Shown here piece by piece: positions 27,950 to 39,200 of a stretch of 64,000 nt of DNA. The first letter of the stretch is position 1, and the number at the start of each line of letters is the position of its first letter. A program made the translations under genes and the position numbers. Source of the stretch: Thalia democratica (taxonomy: Eukaryota); the NCBI GenBank assembly GCA_965202585.1, contig OZ241831.1:28520001-28584000 (forward strand). The letters run 5' to 3'. Under the pieces are notes generated by a model. The model saw nothing but the letters and a program-made list of their open reading frames with translations, was not told where the DNA came from and did no database searches.

Positions 27950-28420
27950 AAAAAATGTAACAAAACACATTTAATTTTTTCTTTAATTTGTTTGAGTACT
28001 TTTGAAGTAAGGTTTTTTTAAAATTGTATACTACTAATTTAAACTAAACTGAAACTGAAATAAAACTGTACTGTAGTTTAAATATTCGAAATATAAAATA
28101 ACGTACTAATCAAGTGTAAAAATTTACAAATTCCAAATACTAAAAACTTTAGTGTACTAATAAAACTTGTTAGATCTAGATAAAATTAAAATAAACCAGT
28201 TATAAAAAGAAAAGAAAAATATACTTTTTAAAATTTTGAGGAACTAACTACTTTAAAATTACTTAATATTGTTTATTGAACGAAAAAAAGAAGCGCTCAA
28301 AAAGTTTGGTCTAAGGACCTGGTGTACAAAGGAACCTTTCGGTTATCGAGTCGTACACCACATGCTTATAAAGTTTCTTATGAGCTATTACACAAAGTTT
28401 TTTTTAACATCTGAATATTT
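27950..28420 (-). repeat. Repeat sharing the PLE 3'UTR sequence (33040-33330, 34240-34545) joined to the structured two-stem motif
   Basis: The block taaactaaactgaaactgaaataaaactgtactgtag...aatcaagtgtaa recurs at 33100-33330 and inverted at 34260-34460. The motif lies at 28320-28360. Confidence 0.7.
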
Positions 28421-29029
28421 AAATTTTTACTAATAAACAATCATTTAAACGAAAGGAAAAATGAAAAAAAAAAAAACTAAACGAAAATTAACTGAATTTT
28501 TTTGTTTAATAATGTACTATGAATCTTGTTTAGTAACATATGAACTAAAAAATATACATATCACTTTACATTAACGTTTAAAAACTTGTTAATAAACAAC
28601 ACTAATAATAAACGTTGAATTATAGGTTACAACTTCTTTAATAAAAGTAAAATGTAATACGCTGAAAACTTCTAACAAATTTTTTTTTATATAAGTATTT
28701 TTGTTAAAAAGATATATATTTTTTCATTTAATAATTTCACTTGAACACTATAAAAAAATTTACATTTGAATAGTTAAATAAACTATTGTAATTCTTTTTT
28801 TTTTAAATTTTAGAGAAGTGATTTTTATAATAACTAAACTTAACTTTTCTAAAAAATTAAGATAAATACTGTAAAATTTATGCTTTTAGTAAAAGAAACA
28901 TAAAAAACTATAATAATTTTAACAGTAATGATATTACCAACAAGAGATTTTTTTTTCTATTTAAAATTTTCTTTTTATTCTCATTGTTTTGAATACTTGT
29001 CCAAGTCTAAAACTTTAATGATAGAAAGC

Positions 29030-30495
29030 AAGCAACATTTGCAAACAAAAAGAAGATTTTTTTTTAATTTCCTCAAAAAATAAAAAAACTTAAGTTTGCT
29101 TAGAACAGTTATCTTAGCTTACTATTTAAATACTTTATTTTCTGCTAAAGTAAAAACATCTATAACTATTTTTTTACCTTTGCATGCTAAAAAATAAAAA
29201 AAATTGTAAGCATAAGAGAAAACAAAAAGTTTTTAAGTATTCTGAACTTAATTCAAAATAGTAATCTTAAAGAATATTCTTAAGATACAACTAAAGATAG
29301 AAAATGGTAAAACCTAGACTAAACCAATGTTATTGTAACCAAACAAATCAACTTTCGAACAAAAAAAAAAAACAAAAATATAAAAAATTAATAAAATTAT
29401 GGATACTAAATGATAGATACTATTAACTCTTTAAACAAAGTAAATAGGCGAGTAGGAATGATCACTAATGACCTTGAGAATCACTATTTAAAAGATAACT
29501 TTTAAGTTCATTCTTGAACTTTCCAAAATGACTTATATTTTTTTAAACATAATGCTAGCTTAGTCCATAACTTAATACCTTGGAAGGATAGTGATTTTTG
29601 ACCTATTTTGCTATTGAATCTAGGTAGGAAAAAGTTTTTTTCTGAAGACCTGGTATGATAATTATGAACATTTTTTACACTTTTGTAGTATATTTTAAAT
29701 TTATCTGGTAACAAGTTATTGTTAAACTTAAACATTAAACAGACCTATATCATGTAGAAACTGACTTTTAACATTTAATATTTTTTTCTGAACTTTTAAT
29801 TCTTATACACTATCATCATATTTCTTATAATGTATCATCTAAGTGCTCTGTTTATGAGAACATTGATATCATTTACACATTTTTTATTTGCTCTTCCTCA
29901 GCAGAACAAGCCATATCTAACATTGCTGATAAATAAAGAATTAAAGACTAAGTATAATGCTTTTTCAATTATGAAGTGTACGGTTTTATATTATACACCT
30001 ATTTTTTTTTTGTAATTTTGTTTTTATAGCTTCTATGCGTTCTGTCCATTTTAAATTTTAGTCTAAAATTATTTCCAAATACTTATAGCTATCTGTGTTT
30101 GTTATATCTGTTTTACCTGTTTTAACATTAAATAACATATTTTTTCAAAAACTATGTTTTGATTGGTTTAGAATCCTGCTACTAGTTTTATTAAGGTTTA
30201 GTTTAAGTTTGTTTCTCATTAACAATTCTGATACCTTTTTTAGTTCTGTGTTAAAAAATTTACTGTCATTTAGGTATGTGTATTTTGTGAATGTTTTGTA
30301 TAACATTATATCATCTGCTAAGTTGAGGACTTTAAGATTAGTATTATTTTTTAAGTCATTTATGTGTATTAGGAATAACAACGGTCCTAATACTGAGCCT
30401 TGTGGTATCTCGACTTCACATTTTTCACAGGTTGAAACATATCCACCAGAGCTAACGAACTGTTTCCTTCCATCTAGATATGAACTATATATAAG
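29030..30495 (-). mobile_element. Degraded L2/CR1-type LINE (RT core to 3'UTR), truncated by the Penelope element
   Basis: SYLDGRKQ...EIPQGSVLGPLLFLIHINDL...LADD...; C-terminus MFKFNNNLLPDKF...HNYHTR. The 3'UTR is shared with 42600-43100. Confidence 0.85.
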
Positions 30496-30496
30496 G

Positions 30497-33330
30497 ATTT
30501 AAAAAGTCTAGTTTGGTATACGAACTTTTTCTGCTTACACAAACTGGGCCTTAAAGATTGAATGCATAAGGCTTCCAGAATATGTAGCTGAAAGGAGTTC
30601 TCCGCTCTCACTAAAACTGAAAAGTTCTCTTCTTTATAATTTCTGGCACACTCATAATTGTCTAACAAATGTTTTCCAATTGCAGAAAAATATTTTTTTG
30701 CAGGTTTATTCGAATGGTTATCAAACCAGCTTGTCAATATTTTTGGAACATGCTGGTCGATTTTTACGTGAAAACTTTGATATGGTTTTCCCACGTAGTC
30801 ACTACCATAGTCACAATTAAGTTTATAGATGATATTACTTTTTTCCTGGATGGGAGGAACGGTATACTATCGAAATTCACACGCGTTCAAAATCCACGCG
30901 ATTGTTTTATATATTTTCTTTATTTATTAATTAATTTTGTATATTTTTTGTATTTTATATCAATTTTTTATTTATTTTTCACTATCACTGTTACCCCTAA
31001 CTCTTAATCTCGATCGGTAAGCAATTCTCCAATTTGACTCGGTGAATTTTGAACGCAGGTGGATTTTGAATGTGTCCCGGGGGAAACATCATTTTAAATT
31101 CCACTTGTAGTATACGATCAGTATACAAAACTGTTCTTAAACGAACATAGTCAAAAATCTTGTTTCTTTCCTCAGAAATTTTCTTAGAAAACCTCTAAGA
31201 AATATTTCCAAGGTACGGAAGTTTTAAGTACACTGGACACTTCTGAGGGCCAATCTTTTTTAAAGCTGCTGAACTTCTTGCTTTTGTTATAACTTTCGAA
31301 GTATTTTGAAGTATTTTAAACTCGCCTTCAAGGTAGCAAGGAGAACAAAGTCTGGTGAAACGCTACACCAAACCCGTTAAAACTCCTAACTTTTGTTTGA
31401 CTGGACCAAAAGGCCACCGAACATATAATGCCTCTGAATTTAATTTACGATGGATTTTAGATGAAAGTTACCCATCAACTGATCGTTGAACACAAATATC
31501 CAAAAAGTTTAATAAATTGTTGTGTTCTTTTTCTTTTGTAACATAAGGTTTTTGTGAAGATTGTTTAGGTAATTTAGAAAGTCTAAACTTTCTTGTTTAT
31601 TTCCAAACATGACACAAGTGTCATCTACGTATTAAAGATATACAAGAGGACTTTTACAGTTCAAAAACAGCTCATTTTCTAAATAGCAAACAAAATTATT
31701 GGCGAAGATATGATTAAAGGTGAACCTATTGCAACCCCATCTATCCGTTTGTACATTTTACCATCAAAACTTAACTCAACACCCAAAACAGCCATGTGTA
31801 ACATTTCTTTGCACACGACTTCTAGCATCAGAGGGTGTTTTAAATCTGAAAGATTCAAATTTAAACAACTTTCACTACTAAAATATTAATGAACAAGATT
31901 TTGATATCATATGTAATCATATAGCTATTTTTGACTTTAGAAAGAGGAATTAGTTTTATTTTTTCTATAAAATGAAAAGAATTTTGGCAGAGTAGTATGA
32001 AAGTTTGTCTAAAACTGGTGCAAGTTGTTTGTCACTAAAAGTTTTGTCAAACCATTTTGTGGCGAACCTATCACTGATATAATTGGCCAAAAAGGGCAAC
32101 CGTTTTTATCTATTTTAGGAAGACCATACAGTTTTGTGCATTGAGAACCTACCTGTCTGATCGGGTTGTACGTAGTTTCACTAATGAATTTGTTTTTGTA
32201 CTAACTTACATTTTCCTTTGATACAAAAGCTCAATGCGTGTTATTAAATCAAAATATTTTACACAACCTATGTGTTTGAACTTCGTGCAATCGTTTAATA
32301 TACTTTCTATGTACTTACATAATCTCAAGAATTTAAAGTTACAACACCATAACATTTATCCGGTTTTGTGATAATGATGTTTTTATCGTTTTTAAGTTTT
32401 TTAAATTTTTTTATGCAACTCTTAATCATTCTGAAGTCACCTTGATCAGTTTGTATACCATTATAACTATGGGCAAAGTCACAAAATTTGGCATAAAAAC
32501 TGTTATGAGCTTCAATGCTTATTGGTTTATGATGATTCAACTGTGCTGACAAATATTCAAAATTACTAAAGACTACCTCACGACTTATGTGTTTTATTAG
32601 TACTGAAAACTTTAAACTCAATTTTAGAACATTAACTTCATTTGCATTAAGAGCTTAAGTATATAGGTTTATAATGTCGCCAATTTTATCATTAGTCACA
32701 CCAAATCTTTTCTTTTTTAAAAAAAGTAACGATTTATCATGTTTTTTTATATACTTTTTTTTTGTAGATTTATTCATTAAAAAAACTTTTCTATTTTGGT
32801 ACTTGATTTGAGTTTAGATTTATCTACTTTAAATTTAATGAAAGAAGGAATTGCCTTGTTTTGAATGCATTTGTTAAGAAAATAATTTTGAATAACTAGG
32901 TTTTAAATGTTCTTCTTTTTATTAGGAGATCATCTAATTCTTTAAGATGCTCCTTTGGATACCGGACTTTTAAATATTTAAATAACTTTTTTCCGGTGCA
33001 TAACTTGTTTGAAAAACAAAACATAATATATTTCATTTGTTCTTTAACTTATTTGAGTATCTTTGAAGGTAGACTTTTCAAAAACTGTCTTTTAATAAAA
33101 TAAACTAAATTGAAATTGAAATCAAACTGTACTGTAGTTGAAGTATTTAAAATATAAAATAAATTATTAATCAAGTGTAAAAATCAACTAAATTCTAATA
33201 GTAAGAACTTTGCTGTACTAATAAAACTTATTAGACTTAGATCAAATTAAAATAAGTCAGCGATAAAAAAAAAAAGTAAAACTACACTTAATTATTTTTT
33301 GAGGAGTTAATTACTTTTAAATTATTTATT
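30497..33330 (-). mobile_element. Near-full-length degraded Penelope-like element (RT plus C-terminal GIY-YIG) with 5' pseudo-LTR
   Basis: Candidate ATG ~33024; IIITKPDK (~32360), IDGVAIGSPL (~31730), YVDDT (~31625), NIIYKLNCDYGSDYVGK (GIY-YIG, ~30800), SAIGKHL...LEALCI...LCKQK. 33030-33330 is the element's own 3'UTR repeated upstream of the ORF. Confidence 0.85.
30859..31080. mobile_element. Small insertion inside the PLE GIY-YIG region, with inverted acgcgttcaaaatccac subterminal repeats
   Basis: Absent from the paralogous PLE copy at 33840-33890. The repeats at 30870-30900 are mirrored at 31040-31072. Confidence 0.55.
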
Positions 33331-33344
33331 AAAAAGACTAAAAA

Positions 33345-34545
33345 AGTCTAATTACCTAAATGAATTTCATAAAAACCTTAAGTTTACAAAAGAAGAAGAA
33401 CACAACAATTTATTAAACTTTTTAGATTTTTGTCTTCAACGATCAGTTGATGGGTAACTTTAATCTAAAATCCATCGTAAATTAAATTCAGAGGCATTAT
33501 ATGTTCGGTGATTTTTGGTACAGTGAAGCAGAAGTTAGGAGTTTTAACGGGTATGGTGAAGCGTTTCACCAGACTTTGTTCTCCTTGCTATCTTGAAGGC
33601 GAGTTGAAAAAACTTCAAAATACTTTCGTTTCTATTGTTTATCCAGGTAACTTAGTTTCGAAAGTTATAAAAAGAGCAAGAAGTTCAGCAGCTTTAAAAA
33701 TGATTAACCCCTTAGAATTGTCCAGTGTGCTTAAAACTTCCGTACCTTAGAAATATTTCTAAGAGATTTTCTAGGAAAATTTCTGAGGAAAGAAACAAGA
33801 TTTTCGACTTTGTTCGTTTAAGAACAGTGTTTTATGATAGACCTCTAAGTGGAATTTAAAAAGTTGTTTCTCCCATCTAGGAAAAAAGTAACATCATCTA
33901 TAATTTTAGTAGTCACTGTGATAGGACTACGTGGGAAAAACATCTCAAAAGTTTCACGTAAGAATCGATCGGCATATTCCAAAAATCTTAAAAAGCTTGT
34001 TTGATGGTCATTCGGATAAACCTGCAAAAAAATATTTCTCTGCAATTTGACAACATTTGTTAGACAATCATGAGTTGCGAGAAATAAAAAAGAAGAGAAC
34101 TTTCAGTTTTAGTGAGAGCGGAGAACTCTTTTTAGCTACATATTCTGGAAGCCTTATGCATTTAATCTTTAAGGCACAGTTTATGTAAGCAGAAAAAGTT
34201 CGTATATTAAACTAGATTTTTTTAATCCTTATATTAAATAATTTTAAAGTAATAAGTTTCTCAAAAAATTTCTTAAAAGTGCATTTTTATTTTCTTTGTG
34301 TTACTAGTTTATTTTAATTTGATCTTAATCTATCACGTTTTATTTGTACAGTAAAGTTCTTAATATTAGATTTTAGTTGATTCTTACACTTGATTATTAC
34401 GCTATTTTATATTTTAACTACAGTACAGTTTGATTTCAATTTCAGTTCAGTTTAGTAAGATAAAATTTTTGAAAAGCTCTACTTCGATAAAACTCAAAAA
34501 AATTAAAGAAAAAATGAAATGTGTTTGGTTATACTTTTTAATTAA
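33345..34545 (+). mobile_element. 5'-truncated inverted copy of the same PLE (thumb/linker, GIY-YIG, 3'UTR)
   Basis: Reverse complement of 30500-31560; reads NIIYNFS..DYVGKTSQKFHVRIDRH. Followed by the 3'UTR repeat 34240-34545. Confidence 0.85.
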
Positions 34546-34602
34546 ATATAATAATAAATAATGAACTTCACCACACGATCAACAACAACAGCATCCGAGA
34601 TA

Positions 34603-34641
34603 GTCTACGACCGGTTTCGTCCTATTATTCATTAGGCAGGC
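34603..34641 (-). ncRNA. Degenerate minimal type I hammerhead ribozyme
   Basis: Minus strand reads gcctgc CTAATGA ataata ggac GAAAC cg GTC gtagac. G5A core change and loss of the 5' strand of stem II. It lies in a ~220-bp repeat (34550-34770) homologous to 48980-49200. Confidence 0.7.
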
Positions 34642-34853
34642 ATAGTCGCGAGAAACCGCTGTCGTTATATTACCAAGCAGGCTTAAGTACAAAGTACTAA
34701 AACGACCGTTTGCGGGTAAAGTTGAAAAAATTGACATAGCTAAATCATTCACAGCTCAACGTCTTAGACTTTGTCAGCTTATTGTTAGATTATAGTCTGT
34801 GCTAGTTTGATCAGTTTTGACCAATGTTTATTTCGGCGATAATCAACAAAATT

Positions 34854-34897
34854 GACTTCCTGATAAGTCCTAATAAGGACGAAACCGGTCGTAGGTC
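34854..34897 (+). ncRNA. Degenerate minimal type I hammerhead ribozyme
   Basis: gacttc CTGATAA GTCC taataa GGAC GAAAC cg GTC gtaggtc. G8A core change, stem II intact, stem I imperfect. Confidence 0.75.
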
Positions 34898-36715
34898 TTT
34901 TCAGATGCTTTTGTTGTTGGTCGTGTAATGGAAATCATTATTTATTGTTGATGGCGCTAACATCTCAACTTTGTTGACGATGGCCGAAATAGAAATTGGT
35001 TAAACAAAATTAAAAAGATTTCAAACAAATAAATGCTCCTAAAGTTGAATGCAATTCTAATGTTGAAATTGTTTTTCGTACATATAATTAAATTAACTTT
35101 TGCACTCAACATTAAACAAGTCTGTTAAAATTATTTTGGTTTCGTTTTAATTTGAAAAGAATAATAATTTGTGTGAGAGGTTAATAAAGCTTTAGTAGTA
35201 TTAAGAAGCTGGTGTAAATTTTCAGCAAATTTATAGCGTAAACTAACGTCATTTAAAACTTAGCTCACATCATAACATAGAAAAAAACATCATTAAATTT
35301 TTAACTTGCAGAATATAAAAATGTAACTTGTTCGGTCTGTTTTTAATTTTTGATATGCAGTAATAAAGTTCAAAAATGTTTTAAATTTAAACGAATAAAA
35401 AATAGTTTCTGTTCTTTTCTTTTAGAAATTAAAAAGAAGACATCTTAACATGTGCTGAGATTTTTCAATATATTAAGTAAAGATAATAGGTTAATAAGAG
35501 TTGATTTGACTAATAGTATTCTAACTTTGGTTCAATTTTTAGATCAAGTTATACTAACCAATATAAAAGCAGATAAAACAGAGTTATCAATCCTTAAAAT
35601 AAAAGCAATCATTAATTACAAAATTGTTTTTGTTTAACTTCGTTTAATATTTATGACGACGTTGCTGAAAAATAGCTTTTCAGTTATAAATAATCTCGTT
35701 CAAATAACAACATAATTTGAACTATACAAGTTACTTTATTGTTCTTAAGTTGAATATGTGAAACTAACAGTATAATAATTGTTAAGCATTTTTTTTGAGT
35801 TTTTTTCTTCTAATTAAAATAATTCTTTGTTAATAAAAACTCATATTTGACTCTGAACTTGTAAACAACATGTTATATCACAACTAAGTTTTAATATGTA
35901 GAGGAGTTTTTTTCTCGAAAATATTTATATTGGCGTTATTTACAACCTTTTTTTGTGATCTAACAGTAAACTTTTGATAAAATTTTCCTTTAACGTTAAA
36001 GACACTTTTACATAATGTTATTAATAACGATATTAACTAGAGTTGGGCAACATACGGTCATAAAATATTTTTGCCTGTGGCTTGTTTTTGCTCAAAATAC
36101 TTGTACATGAGAGTTTGAATATTAAACTTGAATAAAATTAAGTAAGTAGGATAGCTTAGAATTATTTGATTTTTATTGATTCAAACAACAGTTCTGTAAA
36201 ATAGTCATGTCATAATGAATTCTGAATTAAAACGAAACTTTATAAAAACTTATCTCTTGATTAACCGATTATATCACTTAAACTAACTATTTAACTTCTC
36301 TTAATACATCAAAGTATTAAATTAGTAATGAGATATAAAGTACACTTTTGTGGCAATAGTTATAAACTTGATATGATAGTATTTGATTTATATTGATCAC
36401 TTTAAATATATGTTATATCTAAACTTGCATAAATATGTGCTAAAAACCAAAAAGTCAAAGACTACAACACTACATATTACAAAATAAACTTTTATTTCTT
36501 CTACTTTAATTTTGGTTTTATACGACTAAATCATGTCCCTATGTTTAAGTTTTTTAAAACTTATTATTTAAATAATTAATACATATACTTTGAAATAATT
36601 AAAAAAAAACAAATCTGTGTTTCATTAAAGTTTCATTAGATTACTGATTTATGTTACTTTTAACTACTTAATGTTTAAAATTATTCGTTGTCATATCATT
36701 TAAAAAACTTCTTAT

Positions 36716-38359
36716 TTATAGTTCAGTGTTCTCCTGGCGATTTTTTCTTTTACACTCTCTATCGAAGTTTTGTGCTGTTTCGTCGCTGCTAATTCCCTGC
36801 ATGCATTTTCTTACCCAACTTACATGGTCTTCTTCAATTGCGTAGTACTTTTTATATTGCATCTCTTTAACGATGCTGTACATGTGTATTTCCCCCGGCG
36901 TTTTGACGCCCAAAATTTTGTGTTGTTCGTCGTGCAAAATGCCGCCGAAAGGCAAAAAATCGTTGAACAATTTAAAAAAGATGTAGTGAGATTCAGAAGT
37001 TCCGTAAACTTGAGCTGAGGACGTCTTCAGTTCTGCGACGAACGGTAAAAAGTTGCCTTGGTAAAACTTTTCAATTTTATAGTCGTCCCCGTCGAGTTGC
37101 CAGTAGGTGAAAAAGATTCTTTGCGACTGCTGATGGTCTGGCAAGCGGCCAAAGATTTCTCTTTGGTTGTGTCCAAAATCAAACTCTGTGGTCAAGTATA
37201 TGAGTCCAACGTCGAACAGTTCTTTATTATTTTCAAAAAACTTATGCTTGAACCAATGAGTTGTAGTGCTAAATGCCCTGGAACTTCCCAATACAGTTAA
37301 AGGATCAGTACTCGTCACTGTTTTCAACCCAGCCACTGCCGTGATGCTGTGCAGTTTTCTCTCTTCGTAATCGTCAAAGCACCCGGCCGACGTGATCACC
37401 CAGTTTTTACTGATCAAGGCCCCGTGACACTTTAGCACGGTCTCATAGTGGTAGTTAGGGTCGAACGCGTAATGGAAGTACAGGAGGACCACAAAGTGAG
37501 GAGTTTGTCCGGAGTACATGGAACTGAGCTGTATCGGTTGAGACGGGGTCATCAGGTTCACCTGCGCAGCCATCCAGTCCAGGTAAGGAAAAATTTTAGT
37601 AGCCACTTCGTGTACCCCTGGTTTGCCGATGTCACTAAACGATTTCGGTCCGTGACTGATCAGTCCAACCACCAGCTGTTCGTTTCCAATGTCACAAATT
37701 AACGGACCCCCGGAGTCTCCCATGGTATGGCCCTTTTCGAGTTCTGTTTCAAATTGCCCAAACTCAACTGTAAAATTGTAATTGAAAATAATTTTAACCT
37801 CGGTCTTTGAAAGTCTAGGACTGTACTGTTCGTTTTCCTGTCTTTGACCCCATCCAAAGATTTGACAAAATGGGCGGTTAAAAAATTGATTAAAACTGTT
37901 TGAAATAAGGGCGGGCTGTACGAACTGATCAAAATTGAAACTTGTATCTACTTTTGCAAGGGCGATGTTATGAACAATTGAATCAATATTGGCATATTCA
38001 GGATGAATTACCCAATGTACGCAATATCTTTCCTGCCTACTTGGCTGTTCACTTTGATACGAAACATCACCTGCTATTACTTTTATTAAATTATACAAGT
38101 CCCTTCTATGAGGACCTGAAAAACCGTTTGACTCGAAGCAGTGAGCTGCAGTAAGAACCCAAAACTCATTTATTATAACACCGCCACAAAGTGAATGAAT
38201 ACTTCTTTCTGTGTGTTTTTCTATTGCGGCTCTTCTCAGAAAAACCAAGTGCTTTGGTTTTCGATCCAATTCAACTTCTGTTCCGTTTTTCACTTGTGCT
38301 TGGGCAGAGTACAGCAGCCCGAAAAAAACGCAAAAAGCAAGCAGAGTATGTTTGTTCAT
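36716..38359 (-). CDS. Intronless secreted S1 (chymotrypsin-fold) protease-like protein, two tandem domains, 547 aa; Asp102 position reads Asn
   Basis: Signal peptide MNKHTLLAFCVFFGLLYSAQA. Domain 1 has LCGG, WVLTAAHC, HNIAL (DIAL expected), IFGWG and GDSGGPL. Domain 2 has CHGALISKNWVITSAGC and DVGLI, with no His57 and no GDSGG. Confidence 0.92.
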   Translation of the reverse strand: MNKHTLLAFCVFFGLLYSAQAQVKNGTEVELDRKPKHLVFLRRAAIEKHTERSIHSLCGGVIINEFWVLTAAHCFESNGFSGPHRRDLYNLIKVIAGDVSYQSEQPSRQERYCVHWVIHPEYANIDSIVHNIALAKVDTSFNFDQFVQPALISNSFNQFFNRPFCQIFGWGQRQENEQYSPRLSKTEVKIIFNYNFTVEFGQFETELEKGHTMGDSGGPLICDIGNEQLVVGLISHGPKSFSDIGKPGVHEVATKIFPYLDWMAAQVNLMTPSQPIQLSSMYSGQTPHFVVLLYFHYAFDPNYHYETVLKCHGALISKNWVITSAGCFDDYEERKLHSITAVAGLKTVTSTDPLTVLGSSRAFSTTTHWFKHKFFENNKELFDVGLIYLTTEFDFGHNQREIFGRLPDHQQSQRIFFTYWQLDGDDYKIEKFYQGNFLPFVAELKTSSAQVYGTSESHYIFFKLFNDFLPFGGILHDEQHKILGVKTPGEIHMYSIVKEMQYKKYYAIEEDHVSWVRKCMQGISSDETAQNFDRECKRKNRQENTEL

Positions 38360-38703
38360 ATTTGTTTACTTTTTCAAAACTGTTTTGGATTTTAACTATT
38401 GAAAATCAACAGAAAAATTACAAATTCAATAAATAATTACGTAACAATTGATTAGAATAAAATTTACTTCGGCAGGACTTTTTTTAAATTTTTAAATACT
38501 ATTTCCTTTACAATCAATTAAAAACTTTAAAACAAAACTTAAATTTTTAAATTAGTTTAAATTCTATTGGAAAAAAAAAATCTTATCCAAAAAAAATTGT
38601 TAAAGAAAGGAAAAAATCAAAGTATCTATAAAACTAATAAAAAAAAAAACAATTATAAAATGTCTTAAATCATTGTATTTGATTGTAATTGACTAGTTTT
38701 AAA

Positions 38704-38743
38704 GTTCACTGATGAAGGACTGTTGTCCGAAATTAATTTGAAC
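38704..38743 (+). ncRNA. Minimal type I hammerhead ribozyme, second family (extra A after CUGAUGA)
   Basis: gttca CTGATGA A GGAC tgtt GTCC GAA ATTAAT T tgaac: 5-bp stem I, 4-bp stem II, palindromic stem III region, AUU site; followed by AATAAA. Confidence 0.7.
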
Positions 38744-39200
38744 AAAATGTTGCAATAAACTGGTAGATTTTTAAACCATCGTTTATTTATTTTTTGTAAC
38801 TACTGATGCAGGGAAAAAATTACTAGTAAAAACAATTGACTTGTGTCCTGGACCGATTTGCGAATTATTTATAAATCTTGAAATCATTGTATAGTAAACC
38901 ATTTAAAAAATAAATAAAAAACTATTAATAGATTAAACTAGTTTAATATTTCTTGCTATAGATTGCCTATAAAATATACTTATCATGTAAAATGTTCCAA
39001 ATTATCTTATATAACTTAAATCTTAACCAAAAAAAATATATAACAATTTACTATACAAACTTACCAAAATAAAAAAATTAAACGTCTTAATTTATCTAAA
39101 TGCATGTAAATTATAAACTTTTCTGCTCTAGACCAGTAAAAAGTATTCATTCCCATGTAATTTTTTCATATATATGAGATCAATTTGCCTTATATATAAA

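Larger units (their letters stand above)
35150..38950. repeat. Duplicated block carrying protease copy 1; paralogous to ~45180-48820
   Basis: Shared non-coding anchors, e.g. tagctcacatca(t/a)aacat, gggcaacatacggtc, tatttgattcaaacaacagttctgtaaa, ttactt..ggcagga and aaactagtttaat. Boundaries are approximate. Confidence 0.75.
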
